DNA of 64,000 nucleotides from Klebsormidium nitens (Eukaryota > Plantae > Klebsormidiophyceae), in the NCBI GenBank assembly GCA_000708835.1, contig DF236985.1:186001-250000 (forward strand), given 5' to 3'. Below the pieces are notes generated by a model. That model worked only from the letters and a program-made list of their open reading frames with translations, searched no databases and was not told where the DNA came from. Below are positions 11,101-23,074 of this stretch, one piece after another. Within the stretch, counting starts at the first letter, position 1. Each line of letters starts with the position of its first letter. The position numbers and the translations under genes were made by a program.

Positions 11101-14100
11101 AGACCTGGCAGAGATGCTCCTCACGTTCTCTGATGCATATATGCAGTCCCCTGTTAGAACCCCAAATCTCTGCCTTTTTCTCAGTCCCGTCTGGTTTCTG
11201 CCCCAGGTCGAACCGTCCGCACCCGTTCAACGCTGCAGAGGTCCTGGTGGAAGAGTTTCTCCTGGGGAATGACGCCACTCTTTTGCTCGTGGGGGCGGTG
11301 AGTCTCATGGTCTGCCGATTCAGAGTTTACATTTTGCTCTACAGTTACGTTGGAAAATCAGTCATTGTGGAGACTTCCCTTATGCGGGAGATGTTTGTCT
11401 GGCCCTTTAAAGGAAGGATGTGGGATACTTTTCCTTGGTGCCAAATAGCTGTTACTGTACGTGCTATTAGGTGACAGTGCTCTTTTGCACCGGTTATCTA
11501 GGTTAATGTGCTCTGCTACAACATTAGCGCCTGGCAAGACGCTCTTCAATGTCATGCGCAAGTCGCTGGAAGGCTTCTCTTGTCAACGTCATCTTTTGGC
11601 ATCTGCAGCCTTCTTCTAAGAACGGCTCTCATCCGCCATCAAATGACAAGCACCCGCTTGCAAAGAGGCCTTTTGGGTGCTTCCTCTTCAAGCGGACAAG
11701 TGCCTCTCAGTGCTACTTCCGTGCACTTGCGGATATCGCTCCGGCCCAAGGCGAGGAGGCGCGGGCTTTTGTCGCTGCGGTCGCACGCCAGTTGGCAGGA
11801 CTGGGGACAGCCGTCTTTGGAAAGGTGAGGCCGGTTTGGTACTTGAGTTCAAGTCAACTCTGTCCACAGAGGGCATGCGGAAGTTAGGCGTGACACAAAT
11901 TCCGCGTTGGCTGCACGACTTTGACCCAGACGATACCCGGGCATTTCCTACGCCATGTGGCCACGATTGAAGCGAATCAAAGTCCCTGGTTTGCCTTGAT
12001 CAGCAGCACATTGCAGTCTCCGATGTACAGCAGAGCGTGAGCTGCGATTCTTCGTCCGTCAAGAGGCAGACTGGCACCATGTCATCTTTGACATCCAGGC
12101 TCGAGTTCTCTCGTTTGTGTCAGGAGTGAGGCAGGACAAGCGTGTGTGCGGGGCATCTTGTCATCTCAGGGGGATTTTCTAGTGGTGACGTCGTTGTCTC
12201 CGATGGAATCCCTTGTCCGTTTCAGTGTGCGCGTTGTTTTGCTGCTCACTGGCATCTTCTCTGTTTCTCACCAGAACTGTCTTGTTTGACACACTGGCAT
12301 TCCCTTTGCGATCCTTTTTGCTTTGCATTACGAAGAGTTTACTTCTCTCTCAATTTACGCTCTTCGTACTTAGTGGATCTGCAGGTCATTATTTTTCCTC
12401 CTTGTGAATAGCACAGCGCACTGCGCTATTAGTGACGTCTCCTCTTTCTATCAGTGCACCATTCCTGACAGGCGCCGTCTCTTTGGGCGCAGATCTCCGC
12501 TCGGGACTTCCGGGACCCGTCCGAGACGGCCATCCGCGTCACCCTCAAGAAGGGCGACGCCGAGCTGGGGTCGGTGGTAATCACCGCCTTTGAGAAAATC
12601 AAGCACGACCTGGGCGAGCGACTTCGCAAGCCTGGGGTGGTTGACCGGGACGCTCTTAGCGCATGGCTCAAGGCCGCCAAGATGGACGTGGCCGGGGAGC
12701 CCAAAGTGGAGTTCCGGCCGGTGGAGGGGTGCAGCTCCGAGGAGCTGTCGAAGGTGAGCCACTGTTCGTAGCATGCCTCGTTTCTGATATTACTATATAA
12801 GCCAGGCGGATCCTGCTGCTTGCCATAAGTTTGCTGTGTCTTTAGAACGTAGCAGGACTGCGTTTATTAGTGGGCTGTGCCGCTTTGATGACGATTGCGC
12901 TCAGGACGGTCCCCTGATGCTCGCCGAACGGTGTCGAGATGCATCGGACCCCTCGCTACGTCTTACCCATGGATTCTTTTATCTCCGATGTTGTGACTCT
13001 CAAGGAAGTCGCCGTGAAACATCAGTGAGCGCCATCTGGGGACCTGAAAGCGTGCAACAACGTTCAAGCTACAATTTGACCGCATTACAGGCACTCCTCG
13101 AGTTGGAGAGCTGTGGTTCCAACCTTGACAACGTCACAACGCCCGGTGGTGTCCATCTCGAAGTCAGTATCGGGGAAGTGAAGCAGTCAGGGGGCGGCCA
13201 ATTCCATACCGACACGTCATCTCCTCCTCTTGCGGTTGGGGACGACTCGGAGTCCGAAGCCGAGTTTCTGGACTCAGCGGAGGAGCTCAAGCAGGAAGAG
13301 GACAGCGAAAGCGACGCATCCACTCGCGAGAGGGGTGTCCGAAACTCGGAGAGTGGCGGGTCTAGCAGGAGCAAGTCGCCTAGAAAGCTCGAGAGTCGGC
13401 CCGTGGACGCGCACGCGCCGTCTTCCAAGCCGGAGAGGAACGCTTCCAAGGACAAAGCGTCGGGAGGAGCGGCAATGGTGGGTCGCGCGGCGGTAACGGC
13501 GCGCGGGGGGAGTGCCTCGAAGAAGATGACCGGGCGGAAGAGGCCTGCGGAGGCGCTCGAGTCGGTCGAGGACGTTTTGGCGAAGCTCGCGAGCGCCGTG
13601 CGGGAGGTCGAGTCGGAGCCTTCCACGTCGCACGGGCACCCCCCCAAAACGGGGGCCGGGCCCGCGCACGGTTCCGACAAGAAGGAGAAGGAGCGGGACG
13701 TGGTCCTTGGCTTGGGCCCGGGCATCTCGCACCGGCAGGGGGGGGCGAAGGCTCCGTACCCCCCTAGAAAGGAAGACACGCCGACGGCGGGTTTCATAGA
13801 CATTGACGGGAGTCCTACCCGCGGCTCTGATTACCCAGCTGCAGGAGGTGTGCCTAGCATGGAGATTAACCCGCTGGAGAGGGGGGGGGACAGTGTGGCG
13901 AGCGCAGCGGATGAGGACTCGGACGGCCCGCCGTCAATGGTGGGGTCGGAGGAAGAAAGCGAGGACGAGCTCCCGCCTCCGCGGCAGGATTTTATGACCG
14001 TTACTGACCCGGACATCCTTCGGGCCAGGTGTGTTTAAGAAGACTGCCTTCAGAGTGTCGTCGCAGCTTTCGTGCAACCTTGCGTTGATGCTGTGTCTCG

Positions 14101-15990
14101 AGTTTAGCGTGATGAGCATTCCAAAGTCGATCAGTTTCAAAAGTCTCAACTATTTTTATCAGGTCCTTCCAGTCTTAAGGTATCCGGGACGGACTGTCAG
14201 CATAGGCCCCTAATTTACGTCCGATCTGGGATTAGCGGTTTTACGCCTGGTAAATTGTCTGCATCGATTTTCCAATGTGCACAGAAAACAAAAGTAGGGC
14301 ATCAACGCTCCAGCTTTCATTCTAGAAGCTGAGCCGTCCGAACTCGTTCAGGCTCTTTGGGCCGTGCTCTAAGCCGTCCGATCTTGCCAAGATATTCGAG
14401 CCATCCTCTGAGCCGTCCGTTTCCGCGCTCAGGATCCTGGAGCTGACCGCACGCGCGGAGCAGCTGGAGGCCAAGTCGCGGCAGAGCACCGAGTGGGCGC
14501 ACGAGAAGGTGATGCAGGCGGCGCGCAAGGGCCAGAACGACAGCAAGGAGCTGAAAGGGCTGCGAGCGGAGGTGGAGGCCGCCAAGCAGCGGCAGCGCGA
14601 CGGCGAGGACCGGGAGCGGGGGCTGACCAAGAAGCTGCGGGACAGCGAGGACATGGTCAAGTGAGTGGGGAGGAGGATCGTGGCGGGCAGCTTTTGCTGA
14701 GAAGTCTGCCTGGGCCGGTTGTTGCGGAAGTTGGATGGGGCGAGTTGTCAGCGACTGTTCTTTTGTAGCGACTGGAAGCACTTGATGGCCGCACGTTATG
14801 GGGGCTAAGCTTGCAGACTACGTTTCGTGACAGTTTGGAGGGGTACTGAATTGAGTCCTCCGGTGGACCGTGTCGCCCGTCATGTTCTCCTTTCTGACGA
14901 AACTCGTTCACGACTTAGTTCTAGCCGGTTCTCAACTGCACCAATCTGTTGGTTCGCTTGCAGCATCATCTATTGTGATCTTCTAAAGGATCGAATGCAT
15001 CTTGAGACGTGCTTGTTTTGAACGAAAGCTCTGTCTGTAGCCTTTTCACGAAGTTGGCAGCAGGAGGATGGCATGGATTGCCTCAAAACCAAACCGTTTC
15101 CAGCCAAAGGGTGGTGAACTCAGGTACTGTACTTCTGCCATAATCACGGGGCATCTTTTGCCAACTGCGTGCCTAACCCCCTGATTCGTCTTCGCAGGCG
15201 GACCCAGGACTACGCCAAGGGCCTGGAGAAGAAGCTCTTCATGCTGGAGAAGCACCTCAAGGAGGTGCGCTCCGAACTAGAGGCGAGCCTTCTCAAGGAG
15301 TCTGAGACGGCAGCCCGTGAGGCCAAGGCGCTGAAGGCGGAAAAAGTGCTCCAGAAAAAGACGGCCGCCTGGGAGAAGCAGCGCAAGGCGATGCAGGAGG
15401 AGATCAATGGCGAGCGCGCGCGCGCCAACGGGCTCGCGGCCGCGGCCGAGCGCGCCGAGGAGAGCGCGCGTCAGGCGAGCGTGCGCGCGCGGCAGGAGCG
15501 CGCGGCGCGCGAGGCGGGGGACCGTGCGGCCGCGGAGAAGCGCGCGCGCGAGCTCGCGGAGAAGGACCACAAGCGCAAGGACGCGGCCGCGAAGAAGGTG
15601 TCCGACACGGCGGCCGAGAAGTTCCGCGCCGAGATCGCGCGGCTCGAGCGGGAGGTCGCGCGCCTCAAGCTCGCGGAGCACGGGACGGTGTACGGGTTCG
15701 AGGCGCCGCCGCCCGTGTACGACGTGCTGACGTCACCTCCCCGGGAGGTGACGCTGCGGGAGGAGAACGCGCGGCTGCGGCGGGAGGTGGCGGGGCTGGC
15801 GGGCGCGAGCGTGCGGCGGGAGCGCGAGTGCGTGATGTGCATGAGCGAGGAGCAGAGCGTGGTGTTCCTGCCGTGTGCGCACCAGGTCCTCTGCGAGGAG
15901 TGCAACGAGGAGCACGAGAAGAAGGGGCACAAGGACTGCCCGTCGTGCAGGACGGCGATCGTGCAGAGGATCAAGGTCTATGGGAAGTGA
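8142..15990 (+). CDS. Multi-exon gene: START/SRPBCC-like domain + acidic low-complexity linker + RF298/RF4/MIP1-type coiled coil + C-terminal RING (putative E3 ligase); 5' start and exon(s) between 9916 and 11206 unresolved
   Basis: Exons 8471-8768 (WSALVASMDAARAQL...SEWK), 9807-9915 (VHENAGDFHVTYREAPGD...VEGML), 11207-11297 (PHPFNAAEVLVEEF), 11609-11824 (GCFLFKRTSASQCYFRALADI...ARQLAG), 12472-12753, 13091-14028, 14433-14660 (ILELTARAEQLE...STEWAHEKVMQAARK) and 15198-15990 (RERECVMCMSEEQSVVFLPCAHQVLCEECNEEHEKKGHKDCPSCR). Splice phases are compatible with GT-AG at every junction from 11207 to the stop. The ATG at 8142 is tentative. Confidence 0.72.
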
Positions 15991-17130
15991 GGTCCTCCGT
16001 GGGTGACATGATGGGCCACGGTAGACTGCTGCGTGTTGAAATTCTTGCATAGTGTCTAGAAAGTCTGTAGACATTGTTTGAGCGATTCATTGGCACCTCC
16101 ATGCATCGTAGAGTCAAAAGTACCAGCACATTCTTGCAGGCATTTATATGTACATGCGGTGTCGAATCAAGCCAATCACCCCTCAACGACAAATCCTTGT
16201 GACCTGCTCTGGCGAAGTTTTGAGGATCCTAGTTTCTTCCTCGTATGACAACGCACATTGACAGTTGACCAATCGGCAGAATGCGTTAGGGCGTTTGCAC
16301 TCGTGACAAAAGTGCTCTGCTAAATGCCTGTTTCAGGCGGGGCCTGCGGTACATGCACAGTATAAATGTGCAGGGCCGCGCCTCATGTTACATTGCTTTT
16401 CAACGCGCTGGCACCGATTGCACATGAACGGTAAGATGCTACATGGTGGCGGCTGCATTAATCTTCCGTCTCGCACGATATTACAGAATGTAGCCCATAT
16501 AGCGGCAAAGGCGCACATGACATACCAGATAAAGATCCATGCAATAGCTTTCGATGGAGCTTCACATTTTACGGAGCATGTAAACGTGAACACCGTGGCC
16601 TGCAATGGACTCACCGCATCCATCTTAATCATGCTCGCAGGGCGTTTAATTCCGATTTATTGGCCGAATAAAGAGTGTCAAGTTGAGCGGCAACTTAATT
16701 AGCGATTGGCGTTCTAGGCTAGCAATTGCGTCAGCTGAACTGCGATGGTTAGACATGGATAGTGTCGGTCGCTTGCAACGAGATCGATAAGGCTCAAGGT
16801 TATATAGCCGCCTGCTGCAAGATCCATCTACCGAGGCAGGCAGGTTGACAATGTCAATGACTTCCGGCCAGCAAAATGCGGCCGGGCAGTCTAAGGCTGT
16901 CTAGCTCTTTGTTGGCCGTGAATGTAAGGTTGACCTCCTATCTACCGCAGCAGATTGCTGCCTTGCGCTGTATTATTCGCCCAGGAATCATGGTGTCCTG
17001 GCGTGTTTATTGTACCACACGCGCACCAATGTCAAGGCGTCACCCACCTTGAGGAGCCGCCTATAAGTTCCGGCTGAGAAGCTATGTTGCTCTTAGAAAA
17101 AACAAAAAACCAACACAAATGGCTCGCCCT

Positions 17131-20100
17131 TCACCGGAAATCTAATCTTGGCCCCTGAAGCGACTCGTTGGGCAGAGCAGTCAGCGTCTCTTCCCCGGTT
17201 CCCTCCGCAATCATGGGCAGAATCTGGCTCCCCGCCCGGGGATATCCCCCGAGGGAGCTGCTCGCGCGCTCGCGCGCCTCGTCTTGCATGAGGTCGACCA
17301 GAGTCCGCAGGGAGTCCTCCAGGCTGATTTTCCGGCGGATCAGGTCGTCTCGGGCGGACGGATCGCTGGTTTGCAGGTCGTACTTCAGCTGAGACAGCGC
17401 CTCCTCGCACGCCACTTTCTTCATGGCGAACTCGCCCTGTTGGAAAGGAGAGGAATCAGTGGGTTGGACGGAGGTTATATTGATGGTTGAGTGGTTAATA
17501 GGAGGGGTTCGCTATAAGGTGAGGAGTAGAAGGCGGTCGACTGGTTGTCCCTCTGAGAGCACGCCTCTCGGCAATTGGTACATAATGTTTTCAATTTTTT
17601 TTGGCCAAAGGTATTTATTGCAGAGATGCGACGCTTGTTGGCCGCTAGCCTATGGAGCGGGATCGATCTTCGGTGCATTCTGAGTTCTGTCTTCTCGCAG
17701 ACCTCTACGTGGAAGATCTGATTGTTGTTAGTAACTTCCTTCGGATAAACCCTCCGCATCACCGTTCGTGCACGAAGCCGTAAAATCGCTCGCAAAATTT
17801 TACGAGCAGCGCACCGGTTCGAGAAGAGTTCTTTCTCGATCCTTTCAATGACCGCGAAGAGAAGCGCCATCCGAATCAGTACCCTTCGCAGAATCCTTCC
17901 GCAAAACATTCGAAACGACCGCTTCATACGATGCGTCTTTCTCCGAAAGCGGTGCTGTCACTCTCAAACCTCCTATAGGCACTCGACGTGACATTCAACA
18001 CAACCTCAAATCAATCAAAACGCTTTCCTTAAAACTTACACACACTATTTTCCATCATAATCCTTTAGCACTGCTTAAACCTAAACCCGCCGCGCGGCCG
18101 CGCTGACCTGCTGGTGCAGCCGCTTGTTCTTGCGGCGCTCCTCCTTCTGCGCCTCCACGAGCCGCCGCTGCTGCCGCTCCCACAGGAAATACGCAACGGC
18201 TAGAACGACCACCAAAAACACGGCCACCGGGGCGACGATGTAAAGCGGGAGAAGCTTGGGAGGGCCGCCGCCCGCTGTAAGAGTAGAGAAAATCCGATCA
18301 GTCTTACGGAATCTAGGGGCATATGGCTTCAAATAGGAACCCGGATGGGGTTCGTATGGCGGTTAAAGTGGGTTCAGAAGCGGAGCGCGTAGGTTGTTGG
18401 GTTAGGGCGACGAGGTAGAGCGGAAGAAAGTTGGGAGCGCCGCCGCCCGCTGTACGAGGAGAGAACCTTCTGACAAATCTCATGGACTTTGTAGGTGTTG
18501 ACTTTGGATAGGCAACCGGAGACGGGTGGGGTTAGTCTGACGGTCAGGGTGGGTTTGGAAGCGGAGCGCGTCAGACTTTGGGTTAGACTTCTGTGGTTTA
18601 GCACCCGGGTACCTCGCACCCGGGAATCAGGTCAAACGCCCGTTAGGTCACGGGAATTATACCAGTATGTAAAGAAAATATTGTGCAGCGGAGCAACCAT
18701 TGGTGGAAGAATGTGGCTGCCAGATAGAAGGTAGACTCACAGCAAGACTTGCTTCGGGAAGGACTTGGTTGTCAGTCGACCGATCGAAGTGCGGATCCCG
18801 GTCGCAGGGTGCATAGCAATGTGCTAGAACGCCACTTTCGGCATCTCCGTAGGAACGTAAAGCTCATTCTATAGTAGAATACCATACTGCTTTCTTTTGG
18901 CGTTGAGAGCTGATGACTTCAAGGGCAAGCTTCAAGTCGAGATGCATCTCGAGTCGTCTAGCTGGCAGAGCCGATGGCTTCCGTAGCTTGAGCCCTTCCG
19001 CAGAACCAAGATCAGACTTGCCCCAGAAAGCTGCGTGTCTATCAACAAAATTAGGAAACCCTTTTCCTCTGTACTTCGTAGTATAGAGGGCACACCAACG
19101 AAAACATAAACCAATAAAAGCGAAATCTGGAGATGAGGGCGAGAAAAGCTCTAGCGCTCTCCGCTCCAATCCTTACGGGATTGGTAAGGTATGGGCTGGG
19201 TGATTGCGACAGACTGCCGTCTCTCACTTCAAAGCCAACTAGTTTTCCAGGAAGGTGGAAATCAACAGAGCCGAACCATATCCGCCCACCAGACTTGACG
19301 GTCATGTCCCCCGCCCGGCTGCCCGCCCCCCCTGCCGCCAGGTTTTGCGGGCACCCCGCGCTCAGCCGCTGCCTCGCGTTGAGCGCGCACGCCGCGCGCG
19401 CGGCTGCGCTGCCGCCCTGCGCGGCCCCGCCCGCCAGAACGTCAAATGCCTGGAGGGTGCCCGCGTCGACGCTATAGAGGCGGGAACCGCTGGGAGCGAA
19501 GGCGGTCGGCCGTGCGGCTGTTGGAAGTCAAAAAGGAACGGCGTTAGTGGTTGGGTTGAGGCCTTACAACCCAGTTACTCAGGGGTTTTTCAGGACTATT
19601 CACCCGTAACCGGTGTATGGCCCCTCGTTCCCATAAAAGCCGTGCACTTCCTCAGATAAGGATACTGAACCACGCTTCCGCTCTCATAACCCGCTCGGAA
19701 GAAGAGGTGGCATGCTCTCTGAACGAGCTTGCTTTTTTACATTTCATTCAACTTCGAGAACGAATCGAGGGGTATGCAGAAGGGACATTCCCCTACCTGC
19801 TGATGCGTTGTACTGGAGCGCAACTTTCACCGCGCCAGAGCCGTCGATGGCGGCAACGGTCACCGCAGCGCCGTTGATCGCCGCCCAAGCCACCCAGACC
19901 GCGCTCCCCGAGCAGTCCAAGACGGGAGGCGAGGTTATAGTTCCGGCCTGGTTGGTTCCGCCAGGCACAGAGGAGTAGGCGGAAACGGAAGAACCGGACG
20001 CGTCGACCACGTACACACTACCGTCCGAAGAGCCGACGAGAACGGTACCTGGAAATATGGTTCCGGAGGAAGTGAATTTGAATTTTCTGCGCTATTTTCA

Positions 20101-23074
20101 TGATTGCGTGCACCTTTTAGAAATATATGGCGTGACACTTGATGATGGCTCCTGCGGCAAGACTTGAAAACCCAGCGCCTCCCCTTCACTCCGGCCTGTC
20201 AAGAAACTCCTCCTGCAAATTTTTTTTATTTTGATCGGTGATCTTCGAGATCTCGATGGTTTCATTCTCGAAACTTTTCTTGTTAACGATATGAAAAGCC
20301 AACAATAGCTGCTTCTGCTCGGACAACGAGCATTTTCCCAAGAGTTTTTAGAAGAACATAGCGAATGCGGTGTCGAAAAACCTCATTTGTTCAAGAGCCT
20401 TACCTCCTGGCCCCACAATCGGGGCGGGGCTCCTATAGTCCAGGGAGCCAAAGGCATACCCCCCGGTCTGAGTCCAGGCAGCACCCCCGTTTGTCGAGAA
20501 GGCCATGATGCGCCCGGGGGTCGCCGCGGCCGCGTAAACCGTCCCCCCCGAAACGGTCACCCCGACTTGGGTGGCGCTCGCGAGCGGGAGGCGCACGCGC
20601 CAGCGGAGCGCGGCCGCGGCGAGCGAGAGGCTGTAGAGGTAGCCGTCGGAGTTGGCAATCTGGAAGAAAGCGAGCTTGTCGTGAGAGTTGAGTTCAAGCG
20701 AGAGTTGGATTCAACACCGTGTGTAAATGAAGCGGGAAACCTGCTTCTGACACGAAGCGAAGTAGCTTCTACTCTTGTGAACGACTGACAGAAGGCGAGT
20801 TTAACTCCGAGTTTGTTTCACACTTCGCATTGCTTTCAACGCTTCGGTGGCCAGGTCCTTATGCTTGTAAGCTGATTGTATGGTTCATGTACCTCTTGAT
20901 CTATGTTTGGCAACCTTCTTGATCTTTGAGAGCTGCTAATAAAAGCTGTGAAGAGATTGCTTACGTAAAGGTCTCCCGTGCACACGTCGACGCTCGGCGA
21001 GCTGTAAAAGTAGCACGGGTTGTCGGCGCTTCCGCAGGTGACGTCAGCCCGCCCGTCCGCGGCCACAGTAAACGGCAGCGCGCTGCCAATAGAGAGGCAA
21101 GAGGAACGTCAGCAAAAGTTGCAGAACGTCCTTCGATATCAAATGCTGAATCCTTGTATGAAAAGTTTCCCTACTTTATGATGAAAGGGAGGCACTTGAA
21201 GCACGGTAACCGGTGGAGTCTCGATCCGATGTCGCTAAACTTCGTTACATGACAGCTGGCAGCAGTGGTAGCTCGCAGCTCCTGTCCGTGCTTTCACATC
21301 TCGTTTGCAGGAACTTGGTAGTTTCCTTGCAGTAAGCGGCCATTTTAAGCCCTTCCGTAATGAACACCGCCCAATTCAGCGAGGTTGCTTTGACCCGAAT
21401 CATAATTCTGATCTTGGATGAGATTCTTGTTACCCTTCGGAGTGATGGGAGATCCGCTCAACGCAAAAGCCTAGTTATCGTCCAAAATGCCTCATCTTGT
21501 AGAACCCCTTGTTGCGAAGCACCTGCGTTCCACGAAGATCAGAAACCTGCCGGAAATCCAGCGCCATAAGTTTCTGGGATGAGTTCTTTTTCTTTTCATA
21601 CTTTCTTATGACGCTCCTTACCTGCCGGTTGCATTCTTCCAGACCGGGGTGCCGTCCAATCTGATCGCAAACAGCCCCTGCGTCGCCCCGTTTATGTACA
21701 GAACCGAACCGTCCGCACTCGGGGTGACGCCCAATACCCCGACTCCTCTTTGCCCGGCGTTGGGCACTGTAAAGACGGTGGTCACGGTCGGAGTACTTCT
21801 CCCGGTCGCACTTACTTGCAGCAAGCTCGCCCCGGCTGCCACGTAGACCTGGAGGAATGGCGGTCGGTTGAAGACGCCGGTCCGTTCAAGATACTGTGGA
21901 TTTGCAAACTCGAGTTCGGTGCGGCTGGGCAGACAGAGGCAGGTGCAGCGTCGGTTGTGGAAGTACTTGGGGAAAGGGATGCGAGCCTCTTGCGGGTAGC
22001 TCAGCATTGTCAGCAACGGGCACGATCTCTGGGCGGCGTCGGTTGTGGAAGTAATCGAGGAAAGGGGATGCGAGCCTCTTGCGGGGAGCTCAGCATTGTC
22101 AGGAAGGGGCACGATCTCTCGTTATGATTGTCGTCTCTGCAGACCGGTAAGCTAAGCGAATCTGACCGCGTTACGAATTGATGCTCAGTGAACGCTGATT
22201 ACGTGTGGATTCTTATTCAAAGTCCATAATGCGAAGCCCTCTGTTACAATCCTCACGTTTCCTCGGCTGTCCGGGAAGGGCGCCACCAGGGTTTGACACT
22301 GAGACCCCCCTGGAAGGGCTGCGTTCCACTCCAGGCGCCCATCCGTGTCAAAGGCCAGTAGCGACCGACCGCTGCAAACATATACCTGCACAGAAGCCCA
22401 CTTACACTTTCACTCGAGCACTGAAAATCCATTCTCAAAGCGCTAGAAGCACCATGATTCTTGACAGCAGCTTCAATGCTACAACAGTGCAACCGCCTAC
22501 CACTATTCTCTTGGTGGATTCGATGCATGTTGCGGCCATTAGCGAATGAACCTTGTCCCGCATTCAGAGTTCGAAGTTGCTTGCGAGCGTATTCTCACCT
22601 GCCCATCTGGGCCCGCCACTGGGGCGGCTGTGAAACTGTCCAGCAGGGGGGTGCGGGTCTGCCAGAGCAGCGACTGGGCACGTGCCCCCCCCAAAAGAGC
22701 TGCAAACACATCGGCATCTATGAATCTTCTTCTGTCGAGGTCAGTGATTCGCGGAACACAAGGGGGGCCACGCGATTCTAAACTCAACGAAAGCAATCTC
22801 GTTCATATGGAGTTTTTTCTACACCTCGAGCAGCTTCCAAGTGACGTCTTTTTAAGAGTACGGTATTGTGGTCTGGAGCTCGGCTTCCGCTGGACCTTCT
22901 CACGTTACATGCTGGCACCTTCGTACTCTTCAACATTTTGTTCTCGTCATGACCGCTAATCTAAATGGGCTGCACTCGCTCCATTCACCAGCAAGTCTAG
23001 CTTTCTGAAAATGGCCTCGGAGGGATCTTACCTACGAGCAATATGATTTGCAGTGGCCTACAAAGGCCGGCCAT
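17131..23074 (-). CDS. Type I membrane protein: signal peptide, PQQ/BamB-like beta-propeller ectodomain, one TM helix, cytoplasmic helical tail without a kinase
   Basis: Exons 23074-23032 (MAGLCRPLQIILLV), 22699-22599 (ALLGGARA/QSLLW), 22385-22257, 21848-21622, 21082-20965, 20659-20404 (IANSDGYLYSLSLAAAALRW), 20048-19797 (TVLVGSSDGSVYVVDA), 19517-~19176, 18274-18108 (LYIVAPVAVFLVVVLAVAYFLW then ERQQRR) and 17436-17131. The junction between ~19176 and 18274 is unresolved (phase mismatch; a small exon or another donor is probable). Confidence 0.8.
18231..18571. repeat. Diverged ~175-bp tandem duplication spanning an intron 3' end and the start of the TM exon
   Basis: ggcgacga...gccgccgcccgctgta...gaagcggagcgcgt occurs at 18231-18390 and 18406-18571. 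Each copy carries a minus-strand TACAG acceptor. Confidence 0.85.
21948..22119. repeat. 88-bp intronic tandem duplication (2 copies)
   Basis: gcgtcggttgtggaagta...gggatgcgagcctcttgcggg.agctcagcattgtcag...gggcacgatctct starts at 21948 and again at 22036. Confidence 0.85.

Noticed and set aside
13069-15974. Long antisense ORFs (13069-13803, 14317-14781, 15277-15681, 15471-15974)
   Set aside because: They are GC-rich shadows of the plus-strand coiled-coil/RING exons.
21992-22030. tRNA gene suggested by GCGGGTAGCTCAG
   Set aside because: There is no T-arm/B box or acceptor-stem pairing. Kept only as a possible SINE fragment.
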